Below are positions 18,383-27,636 of a DNA stretch of 64,000 bases, one piece after another. The stretch comes from Vulcanimicrobiota bacterium (lineage in GTDB: Bacteria; Vulcanimicrobiota; Vulcanimicrobiia; Eremiobacterales; Eremiobacteraceae), in NCBI GenBank assembly GCA_036741695.1, contig DAINRU010000002.1, forward strand, positions 17,862 through 81,861, given 5' to 3'. The notes below the pieces were generated by a model. It searched no databases, had not been told where the DNA came from, and was given only the letters and a program-made list of their open reading frames with translations. Every line of letters begins with the position of its first letter. Position 1 is the stretch's first letter. The position numbers were made by a program, and so were the translations under genes.

Positions 18383-19297
18383 ATGCAGGAGAACCCGGGC
18401 GGGATGAATTGGCGACCGACGATCTACTGGGGTTTGCTCGCAGCGCTGGTGGGCATTTGCGCTCTGGCATTGACGAGGTGGATAACCGCCTATCACCCGG
18501 GCTCAGATAGAGTGTTCGGGGTGGTCTTCGAAGAGCGTCCGCCGGCGGTGCAAGCGGTTCCACGCTTTGTGGGTGACGAAGTGATGCCGTTCGGCACCCA
18601 ACTGCCGAGAATCGTCATTACCAATAGCAATGAGTTACTGCTCGTGGTGACAGCCGCGACGCGATCCATCACGCTGGGAGGCTTCGTCGGAGGTCACCCC
18701 ACGTGCGCGTCCATGGACGAGGCGGCATCAAACGCATCCGTCGCCGCTCTCGTCCAGGCCGTGAAGAGAATACACATGACGCCCATCCCCACGGAGCGAG
18801 CTGATTTGGCCAGCCTCGGGATCACCACGCCGCAGCTACCGGATATGACGGCGAGCCAACTGGCTGGCAACGTCCCGGCTGTTGTCATCCGGATACCGCC
18901 GGCCCTCACGGCGAAGGTCAAGGCACATAAGCACGGTCAGGGCGTTATCCAGTGCGAATTCAGCGCTCCGCTAGCGGCATCACCGACCTTCACGGATCGC
19001 TCGGTCCAAATCATGACGCTATCCTCGCAATCTGGACCAGCGCTGCTCGATGTCTCGGCGCTGACCAACATCGTCGACCTGCGCTTCTTCGGCGGTACGG
19101 TGCTCCCGTGGGAGGGCTCGCGCACGAGAGCCTTCGACCAGACCGATCAGCTCGTGGCGGTCGAGTGGTCCGACGTCGCCGCTGAAGAACAGCGCGACGT
19201 GATCCTCGTGATCATCGGCGCCCTCGCGGCGATCTCAGCCGCCACCGCGCTCGAAGCGGTACGGCCTATCGTGGAGAAGCTCTCGGCAAAGATCTGA
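18383..19297 (+). CDS. Hypothetical bitopic membrane protein (TM helices at both termini)
   Basis: N-terminal TM IYWGLLAALVGICALALT and C-terminal TM VILVIIGALAAISAATAL; no recognisable motif between them. Confidence 0.55.
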   Translation: MQENPGGMNWRPTIYWGLLAALVGICALALTRWITAYHPGSDRVFGVVFEERPPAVQAVPRFVGDEVMPFGTQLPRIVITNSNELLLVVTAATRSITLGGFVGGHPTCASMDEAASNASVAALVQAVKRIHMTPIPTERADLASLGITTPQLPDMTASQLAGNVPAVVIRIPPALTAKVKAHKHGQGVIQCEFSAPLAASPTFTDRSVQIMTLSSQSGPALLDVSALTNIVDLRFFGGTVLPWEGSRTRAFDQTDQLVAVEWSDVAAEEQRDVILVIIGALAAISAATALEAVRPIVEKLSAKI

Positions 19298-19316
19298 CGC
19301 GCGATGCCGCCAGTTC

Positions 19317-20456
19317 CTAGTGGCGCAGGCCCACAACCCCGACGACGATCTCGATCGCGATAAGCACGATGACGATGAGCTCGAGGAACTCGCCGCGTGC
19401 GACTTGCGCCTGATCGACGAGATAGCGATAGACGTCACCGACCGAATCAAGCTTGCTCTCGATCTGGCGCTGCCACACGTCCAGGCCGAGTCGCGCGGCG
19501 ATGGCACGATAGATGCGGGCGTAATAGGCATCGCCCGTTATCTTGAGCGCGTTACTTGCCCGGTCCGCCAGTTCTCTGATATCCACCAAGAGATAGCGCA
19601 GTTGTGCGGCGCGTTGCTCTGTGTCACGGCGCCGGTTGCGCTGCCAGCGTTGCAGCGGCGGGAAGTCGCCGGAATAGATGGCGTCAAGCTCGGCGTCGAG
19701 GCGGGCGTCGTAGGTGCGGAACTCGACGAGCTGCGAGTTGGCAAACTCCAGCAGGTCGAGGACGACCTCAGCATCCGCACGGCTGTCGTAGATGAACGCC
19801 GAATCCCACTGCACGACGACCAGGTCGTCCGGGAAGTAGCTGAAGTGAAAGCGCACGGACTCAATCTCTTCGTCCTCGGACAGCGCCTGCGGTTCGGCGA
19901 GCATGAGCTTGACGAGCGATGTCCGGAAGTCTCCGAGCAGCTTCGCCGCCTCTACGGGCTCGTCGAGCTGCTCCACCGCGGCGACGAAATAGTCTTCGAC
20001 AAGGGCTTTATGCGGCTCGTCGAGCGCAGCGGTGCAGTCATCCAGCACATCGTGCAGGAGGCGACGCGCGGCGGTGACTAGGCGGTCGTCGCTGCGCAGA
20101 TCGGCGGCAAGGCCGACGAGCCCCGCCCACAGACCGGTATACGGGAACGAGAAACGGATGGAGACGACCCCGTAGTCGTAGATCTTCACGCGCACCGCAG
20201 CTGCGTGGCCGCTCAGCGTCAGGGATGGAAGATTCGCGGCGATAGGTGGCACCGCGAACTGGATGGCTTCCGGCGAGGGGATCGTGCGCAGCAGCGGAGC
20301 TGGCTCTGTGCTCTCACCGCTGATGCTGCTGAGCTTGCTCAGATCTATGGTATCGGCGACGTCGAACAAGAAGCAGGCGAAAAACGTCGCGGACGAGATG
20401 AGGGGATCACGGCTTTCGATCGCCGATTCAGCGGACGTCATGATGCAGCGCCACAT
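19317..20456 (-). CDS. Hypothetical protein, possibly RMD1/DUF155-like, with a C-terminal TM helix
   Basis: 379-aa soluble body ending in EFLELIVIVLIAIEIVVGVVGL, an architecture reminiscent of the DUF155 family. The family assignment was not verified. Confidence 0.5.
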   Translation of the reverse strand: MWRCIMTSAESAIESRDPLISSATFFACFLFDVADTIDLSKLSSISGESTEPAPLLRTIPSPEAIQFAVPPIAANLPSLTLSGHAAAVRVKIYDYGVVSIRFSFPYTGLWAGLVGLAADLRSDDRLVTAARRLLHDVLDDCTAALDEPHKALVEDYFVAAVEQLDEPVEAAKLLGDFRTSLVKLMLAEPQALSEDEEIESVRFHFSYFPDDLVVVQWDSAFIYDSRADAEVVLDLLEFANSQLVEFRTYDARLDAELDAIYSGDFPPLQRWQRNRRRDTEQRAAQLRYLLVDIRELADRASNALKITGDAYYARIYRAIAARLGLDVWQRQIESKLDSVGDVYRYLVDQAQVARGEFLELIVIVLIAIEIVVGVVGLRH

Positions 20457-20493
20457 TGAATGAGGCGCATCGGCTTCCCTCGTCGGCGGAGGA

Positions 20494-20530
20494 GCAGAAA
20501 AGCAGAGGCGCCGCTGTCATCGGCGCCTCT
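20494..20530 (-). terminator. Rho-independent terminator of nrdJ
   Basis: On the minus strand agaggcgcc-N9-ggcgcctct (9-bp GC stem) is followed by gcttttct, 37 nt after the nrdJ stop. Confidence 0.7.
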
Positions 20531-20567
20531 ATCGTAGATCCGGGAGATGCTCCGCGAGAGCGGCGCC

Positions 20568-23500
20568 CTAGGAGCAGCCCATGCTTCGTCCGCAGCTGTC
20601 GCAGACATAGCATGCACCATTGCGTCGAGTGATCGATCCGCACACGTCGCAGAGCGGCGCATCGCCCATGAGCGACGCCATCTGCGCCTCGCGCGAGCGC
20701 AACGCGTTGAGCTGCGACGCGAGCTCCGGATCGACGATAGCGCGAGGTGAAGCGGTCACTTGTGGGGCGCGAGCTTGAGCCGCAGTCGGCGCTGGTTGAG
20801 GCGTAGCCGATGAGCCTTCCTCCGTCGCCTGCTGTGCGCTCACACGGGCCTCGAACTCCGCGTGTGCGTGGTCGTCGTTGTGAGTCTCGTCGACATCCTT
20901 GTCCTCGGGCTTGACTTGGACGAAGTCGGTGCGACCGAGATACTCCATGCCGAGCACGCGGAAGATGTAGTCCACCACGCTCGTGCAGTGTTTGATGTTA
21001 GGATGGTCGACGAATCCGTTTGGCTCGAAGCGCGTGAACACGAACTTGTCGACGAACTCTTCAAGCGGTACACCGTATTGCAAACCGATGGAGATCGCGA
21101 TCGCGAAGCAGTTGAAAAGGCTTCGGAAAGAGGCACCTTCCTTGTGGAGGTCGACGAAGATCTCACCCAGGGTCCCGTCTGCGTATTCACCAGTCCGCAG
21201 GAAGACCGTGTGGCCCGAGATCTTGGCCTTCTGAGTCCAGCCGCGGCGCTTAGCCGGCAACCGGTTGCGCTCGAGCGCTTGGGCGACCTTGCGCTTGAAG
21301 TCCGTATTGGTGGCGTTGGCCAAGATGCGCTGCGCCGCCGCGAGGATCTCATCAGGACGCAACTCCTCGGCGCGCTGCTTGCGCGCCTCCTCGAGCTGCT
21401 TGGCGAACTCCTCCGACAAAGCGAGTTGGCGATCGCTATCCGTGGCCGCCTTGTCGCTCGACTTGTTCGAAAGCGGTTGGGAGAGCTTGGAGCCGTCACG
21501 ATAGAGCGCGATCGCTTTCAAACCGAAGTCCCACGACCGCATATAAGCTTCTTTGATCTCATCGACCGTCGCTTCGTTCGGCAAGTTCACGGTCTTTGAA
21601 ATGGCGCCACTGATGAATGGCTGCGCGGCCGACATCATACGCACGTGCCCCATGTGATGGATGAAGCGCTTGCCCAACTTGCCGCACTTGTTGGCGCAGT
21701 CGAAGACGGCATAGTGGCCTTCCTTGAGGTGTGGGGCCCCCTCAATAGTCATGGTACCGCAGATGTAGTTGTTCGCCGCGTCAACCTCTTCGCGACTAAA
21801 CCCGAGCTGGCGCAACAGGTCGAAATCCGTAGCGTTGTACTGTTCCGCTGTGATCCCCAAACGCTGAAGCGTGTCCTCGCCGAGCGTCCATTGATTGAAG
21901 GCAAAACCGATTTCGAAGACCGTCGGCAGCGCCTTCTCGATCTTGATGATGTCCTCAGTCGTGAATCCGCGGGCGCGCAAGGTCTCGACGTTGACGTAAG
22001 GAGCGCCATAGAGAGAGCCAGAGCCCTTCGCATAGCGCACGATGTCGTCGATCTGCTCTTCACCGTAACCAAGGTTGCGCAACGCCATGGGGATGGACTG
22101 GTTGATGATCTTGAAGTAGCCGCCGCCGGATAGCTTCTTGAACTTGACCAGCGCGAAATCCGGCTCGATACCGGTCGTGTCGCAATCCATAAGCAGCCCG
22201 ATGGTACCCGTAGGAGCGATGCAAGTTGCTTGAGCGTTACGATAGCCGTGCTGCTCGCCGAGCTCGACTGCAGTATCCCAGCACTCTCGTGCCGCCGACA
22301 GCAGGTAGGGTGGACAGAGAGCTTGGTCGATCCCCATCGGGACGACTGAGACATCTTCGTATTCCGAACCCGAGGCGTTGTAGGCGGCGCGCCTGTGATT
22401 GCGCATGACGCGCAGCATCTGCTCGGCGTTTTCTTTGTAGCGTGGGAACGGGCCGATCTCACCCGCCATTTCGGCCGACGTCGCGTACGATTCTCCCGTG
22501 AGGATAGCGGAGATCGCTCCTGTGATGGCGAGAGAACGTGGCGAGTCATACGGAATACCAGAGACCATGAGAAGCGTGCCGAGGTTGGCGTACCCGAGTC
22601 CGAGCGTGCGGTACTCGTATGATTTGCGCGCGATCTCGGGGCTTGGGAATTGCGCCATGAGCACGGAGATCTCGAGCACGATCGCCCATAGCCGGCATGC
22701 GTGGCGGAAGGCATCGACGTCGAATTGCCCCCTCTCAGCATCATAGAATTTCATCAAGTTGATGCTTGCCAAGTTGCACGCCGTGTCATCTAGGAACATA
22801 TATTCGGAGCACGGATTGCTTGCTCGGATTCGACCGCCGGCCGGACAGGTGTGCCATGAGTTGATGATATCGTCGTACTGGATGCCCGGGTCGGCGCATG
22901 CCCACGCAGCGCGCGCTATCTGATCCCACAGATCTCGGGCTCGCACGGTTCGGGCCACGCTCTTGTCACGGCGCCAGAGAAGATCCCACGTGCCATCATT
23001 GCGCACTGCGTCGATGAACTTGTCGGATATCCGGACTGAGTTGTTCGAGTTCTGTCCGGAAACGGTCGAATAGGCGTCGCCCTCATACGAGCTCGAGTAA
23101 CCCGCTGCGATGAGCGCGGCGACTTTCTTCTCTTCCTCAACCTTCCAATTGATAAACTTCTCGATATCCGGATGGTCGGCGTCCAGGATCACCATCTTAG
23201 CGGCGCGACGCGTCGTGCCGCCGCTCTTGATGGCGCCCGCCGCGCGATCACCCACGCGTAGGAATGACATCAGGCCGCTTGAGGTGCCGCCGCCGGAAAG
23301 CTTCTCGCCCTCAGCTCTCAAGTTAGAGAAGTTTGTGCCGGTGTTGTGGATAACGACGAAACCATGCTCGCCGGCCAAGTATGTGTTGGTGTTTCGGGTC
23401 GTCAGGTCGTTAAACGCAACATTCTGGACACATGGACCGATCTCGGTAACAAACGCGATTCCCTCAGCCGCAAATCGCACGAGCTCCGTTTCGGAATCGA

Positions 23501-25898
23501 TTTCCTGCTCAGGCTTCGCAGCGATGGCAGCCTCAATCTTAGCGGGGTTAATAATTCCTTCGTAGACAAGACGCCCGACGTGGAAACGCTCGCCTGCGGA
23601 AAAGCCATGCAGTCCATAACGGTCCGTTCTTGAGAAAATCTTTTCGCCCAGGTCGGCGTCGAGGGGCATGCACAGCCTGCGGCGCGACGCACGAGTTGCG
23701 TCTTGCAGTGCGATGACGTGCTTGGGCGTAACAAGATATTTTGCCAGTGCGTGGGCACGACGAGCAGTCGTGGACCTTCGCACGATTGTTGTTGCCCAAA
23801 CGCAGGAGCCATCGATCAAGCCACCTCCAAGCCCCAGGAGCGACGCCATGGCTGAAACTTCCTCGACAAAAGAGCGGCATTCGGATGAGTACAGGGCCTT
23901 GCCCCGGGAGACCGAGCCATCAGAGTCGACGAGACCCGCCAAAAACGCGAGCTGCAACTCCGCGTCGCCCGTCCGAACAAAATCTGGAACCTGAAGAGTC
24001 GCCCCTTTTGCACCAGGCGCATGAACCGCCGCGGCAAAGAAAGCGGTTGCTGACGCCTTGGTACACGTAAGGGACAGTCCTTTGCTGTTGCGTCCATCGC
24101 GAGAAATCGAGCTACCTGCACCAAAGCGCTCGCGGAGAATCCGAGCGACTCGTTCAAGAGGCTCGCGATCTTCATCGAAAAACCGGAGCCGCAAGCTTCG
24201 GTACGAGTACTCCCTGTTGGTTCGTCTAATCCGTTGATCGCGGTAACCGAGATTGCCATCTCCTAAGAAATATCCAACCAGCCAAGCGAGATCGGTATCG
24301 GGCGTAACCTTTAGGGTCTTTGCCGTGTGGAACCACGGCGCGTCGTACGTCAGCGTGTCGTCAGATGCGTTCTTGTCGATGAGCCGGCGCGCCGATGAAT
24401 TCGGTCCGAGGACAGCGTCACCGCTGATAAGCTGATCGGCTCGACGCTCTACGATCTGGCGGCCATCCCAAACCATAAAAGGGTGCCACGCTGAAACTGT
24501 CGCTCGCGCTCCAGTGTCAAACTTCACCGTGACCTTATCTTCTTGAGCAACATCGTATGACCACACCAAATCGATCGGGTCCTCGACAAGTCGTCCTGTG
24601 TGCTTGTCAAGCGAGATTGTCCTTAGGCCAAGGTCTTTAACGTTTACAAAGCGCCCCTTCCCATCGAAGTTCATGATAGGCCGATGGCGCGAAACCTCTT
24701 GAAATAGATCGCCGATGCGCACCATTCCCCGACCCACGATTGGTACAAAAGATCGCGCTGACACACAACCGCTGCCATATTTGAAAAGACGTGCCTCTCG
24801 TACCCACAGGTCCATAATGCCGTTGTCGTTGACAAGATCGTCATCTACGGATTGGATGAAGCAATTATGAACAACGACGCTGTTGGTAAGAAACGAGTGG
24901 CTCGCAGTCTCTATGTCGTAGACGACTTCTTCGGAAACTGCCTCAACCGAAAGGACTTTGACCTCAACAAGCGTTGGCTTTCCTAAGGTTGCTAGCCGCT
25001 GGTTCGCGGCATCGCGCATCGCTGGCACAACCGACAGCGCGATCGGCGTATCAAGCCGTTGAGCATCAAGAATATGAAGAACCCTAACTACTTCAGCGTC
25101 AAAACGGCGATAGAGCTTCTCGCCCTTCTGGAGTTGCCCCACAGCCTTCCATGACGACCCTTTCGTCGGATCAGCGACCAAGACCAGGTGATCTGCGGTC
25201 GCTTCAATGTACTTCCCAAGCTCAAGGTTGACTCTCAATACTTGCTTGATTCCGTTATTAGCCACAGCGATGACCGCCGTAACGCCGTCCTTGTCAAATA
25301 CTTCCAAACCCACCAGGTTCTTGTCGACGATTTCCCCGATGCTCAGCGGGCCGGCGGGCGTATCAACGATGGCGCGACCCGGCAGGCACGCATGCGGTTG
25401 CGGGTGCGTGTAGGAATCCTTGGCTCGCACCAACTCCTTGGTGTCGGGATCGACATAGTAGTGACCTTGCGCTGGGCCGTTGATACCGTACGCGTAGGCG
25501 AGCCCTGTATTGAACCACTGGGGCGAGTTGGGTGCAGCCATCTGATGGATGAGCATGTGGCTGAGCTCAGCGTCGAACGCGGCCGCGTCTTCATCCGTGT
25601 CGAAATACTTGTAGCGGCGCCCCCAGTCGGTCCAACAGCCGGCGAGCCGGCGCACGACCTGGCGGGCTGACGTCTCGCGCCCGAGACTCCCATCGGGCTG
25701 TGGAACGCCTGCCTTCCTGAAATATTTCTGGGCCAGGATGTCGGTCGCGACTTGCGACCAGTCGGCCGGCACCTCGAGGTCGCGCATCTCGAACACCACG
25801 GTTCCATCGGGCTCGCGGATGATTGATTCGCGGCGCTCGAAGCGCACTTCGTCGAGCGGATCGATCCCGGGTTTGCTGAAACGACGTTGAATCTTCAT
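20568..25898 (-). CDS. nrdJ: Adenosylcobalamin-dependent (class II) ribonucleotide reductase precursor containing two inteins
   Basis: Typical NrdJ blocks (NSPQWFNTG, NPCSEY, TCIAPTG) and a C-terminal Cys-rich tail CDVCGS..CYVCDSCG. 1776 codons, of which 1126 are extein after removing the two Hint-type insertions. Confidence 0.9.
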   Translation of the reverse strand: MKIQRRFSKPGIDPLDEVRFERRESIIREPDGTVVFEMRDLEVPADWSQVATDILAQKYFRKAGVPQPDGSLGRETSARQVVRRLAGCWTDWGRRYKYFDTDEDAAAFDAELSHMLIHQMAAPNSPQWFNTGLAYAYGINGPAQGHYYVDPDTKELVRAKDSYTHPQPHACLPGRAIVDTPAGPLSIGEIVDKNLVGLEVFDKDGVTAVIAVANNGIKQVLRVNLELGKYIEATADHLVLVADPTKGSSWKAVGQLQKGEKLYRRFDAEVVRVLHILDAQRLDTPIALSVVPAMRDAANQRLATLGKPTLVEVKVLSVEAVSEEVVYDIETASHSFLTNSVVVHNCFIQSVDDDLVNDNGIMDLWVREARLFKYGSGCVSARSFVPIVGRGMVRIGDLFQEVSRHRPIMNFDGKGRFVNVKDLGLRTISLDKHTGRLVEDPIDLVWSYDVAQEDKVTVKFDTGARATVSAWHPFMVWDGRQIVERRADQLISGDAVLGPNSSARRLIDKNASDDTLTYDAPWFHTAKTLKVTPDTDLAWLVGYFLGDGNLGYRDQRIRRTNREYSYRSLRLRFFDEDREPLERVARILRERFGAGSSISRDGRNSKGLSLTCTKASATAFFAAAVHAPGAKGATLQVPDFVRTGDAELQLAFLAGLVDSDGSVSRGKALYSSECRSFVEEVSAMASLLGLGGGLIDGSCVWATTIVRRSTTARRAHALAKYLVTPKHVIALQDATRASRRRLCMPLDADLGEKIFSRTDRYGLHGFSAGERFHVGRLVYEGIINPAKIEAAIAAKPEQEIDSETELVRFAAEGIAFVTEIGPCVQNVAFNDLTTRNTNTYLAGEHGFVVIHNTGTNFSNLRAEGEKLSGGGTSSGLMSFLRVGDRAAGAIKSGGTTRRAAKMVILDADHPDIEKFINWKVEEEKKVAALIAAGYSSSYEGDAYSTVSGQNSNNSVRISDKFIDAVRNDGTWDLLWRRDKSVARTVRARDLWDQIARAAWACADPGIQYDDIINSWHTCPAGGRIRASNPCSEYMFLDDTACNLASINLMKFYDAERGQFDVDAFRHACRLWAIVLEISVLMAQFPSPEIARKSYEYRTLGLGYANLGTLLMVSGIPYDSPRSLAITGAISAILTGESYATSAEMAGEIGPFPRYKENAEQMLRVMRNHRRAAYNASGSEYEDVSVVPMGIDQALCPPYLLSAARECWDTAVELGEQHGYRNAQATCIAPTGTIGLLMDCDTTGIEPDFALVKFKKLSGGGYFKIINQSIPMALRNLGYGEEQIDDIVRYAKGSGSLYGAPYVNVETLRARGFTTEDIIKIEKALPTVFEIGFAFNQWTLGEDTLQRLGITAEQYNATDFDLLRQLGFSREEVDAANNYICGTMTIEGAPHLKEGHYAVFDCANKCGKLGKRFIHHMGHVRMMSAAQPFISGAISKTVNLPNEATVDEIKEAYMRSWDFGLKAIALYRDGSKLSQPLSNKSSDKAATDSDRQLALSEEFAKQLEEARKQRAEELRPDEILAAAQRILANATNTDFKRKVAQALERNRLPAKRRGWTQKAKISGHTVFLRTGEYADGTLGEIFVDLHKEGASFRSLFNCFAIAISIGLQYGVPLEEFVDKFVFTRFEPNGFVDHPNIKHCTSVVDYIFRVLGMEYLGRTDFVQVKPEDKDVDETHNDDHAHAEFEARVSAQQATEEGSSATPQPAPTAAQARAPQVTASPRAIVDPELASQLNALRSREAQMASLMGDAPLCDVCGSITRRNGACYVCDSCGRSMGCS
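23343..24767 (-). mobile_element. Intein 2 in NrdJ (aa 378-852, 475 aa) with a LAGLIDADG homing endonuclease domain
   Basis: Starts CVSARSFVPIVG, block B SAWH, LAGLIDADG motifs LVGYFLGDGNL and LAGLVDSDGSV, ends GFVVIHN, then +1 Thr. Excision joins KYGSG to TGTNFSNLR. The DNA is noticeably AT-richer than its flanks. Confidence 0.85.
24864..25388 (-). mobile_element. Mini-intein 1 in NrdJ (aa 171-345, 175 aa, no endonuclease domain)
   Basis: Starts CLPGRAIVDT, block B TADH, ends VYDIETASHSFLTNSVVVHN, then +1 Cys. Excision joins ..THPQPHA to CFIQSVDDDL. Confidence 0.8.
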
Positions 25899-25979
25899 GG
25901 AGTCAGAACTGCCCTTTCCTCATGGAAGGTTGCTACTCTCGCCCTTATTTCACACGTATGTTCGAGGGTCGACAAGTCA

Positions 25980-26027
25980 CCCCTACCTATAGTGGTGTTT
26001 GGGGTGTTTCCCCACATTATATAGCGG
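25980..26027 (-). promoter_or_regulatory. Two NrdR-box-like 16-bp palindromes spaced 32 bp apart upstream of nrdJ
   Basis: cccctacctatagtgg (25980-25995, 11/16) and ccacattatatagcgg (26012-26027, 12/16), scored against my recollection of the NrdR consensus acaCwAtATaTwGtgt. The 32-bp start-to-start spacing is typical of tandem NrdR boxes. Confidence 0.45.
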
Positions 26028-26044
26028 TTAATATGGGGTTGCAA
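26016..26044 (-). promoter_or_regulatory. Sigma-70-type promoter of nrdJ
   Basis: The minus strand reads TTGCAA-N17-TATAAT (-35 at 26039-26044, -10 at 26016-26021). The -10 lies inside the distal NrdR-like box. Confidence 0.55.
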
Positions 26045-26232
26045 GGATTTTTTCGAACGGGAGTTCGTCATCGGGAGAACCCTTATCAGACGGTATTTCG
26101 CTCGGGTTATTCGCAGCTTTTGTGCACCTCATTTCCACCTTGGGGATGACAATTCGGGCACCCCGAGACGGGAAATCGCGACGAGAACACCGCGTGCTGG
26201 AAATGATCGCAGCATCCACGAAATTCTGCGGC

Positions 26233-27630
26233 ATGCAACGGCTTGTGCGGGCGGCTGTGGTCGCATTGGCGCTGAGCGCAGCCGCCCTGACAGTCGGCTG
26301 CACCGCGGTTCTGAGACACGTCACCGCGATGGCCAGCGCCATGCAGCTTTCCTACCGATGCATGGATGAGGCACAAAAGGGACACCCTCGAGCCGCGTTG
26401 CGTGACTGTGACGCCGCCGTGAAGCTCGAGCCCGACGATAGTTTCATGTACTACTATCGCTCGTTCGCATACGCCGCGAATGCGGACTTTCGCCGCGAGG
26501 TCGCCGATCTCGACCACGCGCTCGAGCTGAGCCCCAGGTTCGCTGACGCATATGCCGCACGGTGCGGCACACAATGGAAACTCCCACGGGAGGACCCAAG
26601 AGCGGCGATATCCGACTGCGATGAGGCCGTGAAGCTTGACCCGCGGGGCTACGACATCGTCAGCGCTCGCTTGGCGCTACGCACCCATCTTAAGGACTAT
26701 CACGGAGCGCTCGACGATGCGGCGACCCTGGCCGACCTGAGCCCGAACAGCGCATACGGCCATCTCCCCGCCTGCGGGGTCTACGTGGCTATGGGAAAAT
26801 TCGCCGAGGCGCGGCAGAGCTGCGATCGCGCGGAGCAGGCTCCCCAGGACAAGCCCGAGGGCTATAGGAGTAGCGCGATCGATGCGGCCCTCATGGCAGA
26901 CTGGCCGCGCGCTCTGGCCGATGCGGATCAAGCAATCGCGCTCGCGCCCAACGATGCGGAGGCCTATAACGGCCGCTGCTGGATACGCATCCGCATGAAC
27001 GATGTCAAAGGCGCGAAACAGGACTGTGCAACCGCGCTCGCCATGTCCTCGAACGACCCGCACATCCGCGACACTCGCGCAGACATCCTCATCCGCGAGC
27101 GCGACTACAAAGGCGTCATCGCGGACGAAGACGCCGCGGTCGACGCCTATCCGAGCTTGCCGTTCGGCTTCGCGGGGCGGTGCGCAGCGGAACGGGACTT
27201 GGGCGAGATCAGCCTAGCGCTCGCCGATTGCCGCCGCGCGGTTGGCTTGGAACGCGATAACGGAGAATGGCTCGTGCTCTTGGGCGACGTCTATCGAGCT
27301 CAGGGCGAGCCGAACCTTGCACGCGCAAGCTATCGGCGTGCGTTCAAGGAGGACCTGACCGCCATCGAAGCCCTGCGTGAGGAAGCCTCGCTCGACGAAA
27401 CGAGCGGCGATGCACAGACGGCGGTGGAGCTCGCGTCAGCCTACGTCGCCAAGAACGGATACGACCCGGTCGGCCATGAAGTCTATGGCAAGGCGCTTGC
27501 CAGGCTGGGTGAGAGCGCGGCGGCGATGGCGCAGTTCGAGTTGGCGCGCCAGGGCTATACCCAACGCGGCGATACGATAGGGATCAACGAGGTCGAGGCG
27601 GCCATGGTGCCGCTGCGAGGGACCACCTAG
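26233..27630 (+). CDS. TPR-repeat lipoprotein
   Basis: Lipobox signal MQRLVRAAVVALALSAAALTVGC followed by repeated TPR-like units (A..D.D.A..L.P.. pattern). Start trimmed to ATG 26233. Confidence 0.75.
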   Translation: MQRLVRAAVVALALSAAALTVGCTAVLRHVTAMASAMQLSYRCMDEAQKGHPRAALRDCDAAVKLEPDDSFMYYYRSFAYAANADFRREVADLDHALELSPRFADAYAARCGTQWKLPREDPRAAISDCDEAVKLDPRGYDIVSARLALRTHLKDYHGALDDAATLADLSPNSAYGHLPACGVYVAMGKFAEARQSCDRAEQAPQDKPEGYRSSAIDAALMADWPRALADADQAIALAPNDAEAYNGRCWIRIRMNDVKGAKQDCATALAMSSNDPHIRDTRADILIRERDYKGVIADEDAAVDAYPSLPFGFAGRCAAERDLGEISLALADCRRAVGLERDNGEWLVLLGDVYRAQGEPNLARASYRRAFKEDLTAIEALREEASLDETSGDAQTAVELASAYVAKNGYDPVGHEVYGKALARLGESAAAMAQFELARQGYTQRGDTIGINEVEAAMVPLRGTT

Positions 27631-27636
27631 AGCGAG

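Noticed and set aside
25899-26232. Possible cobalamin riboswitch upstream of the B12-dependent nrdJ
   Set aside because: I could find no B12-box-like sequence or the extensive conserved pairing of cobalamin riboswitches. B12 riboswitches typically control B12-independent alternatives rather than nrdJ. NrdR boxes plus a promoter explain the region better.
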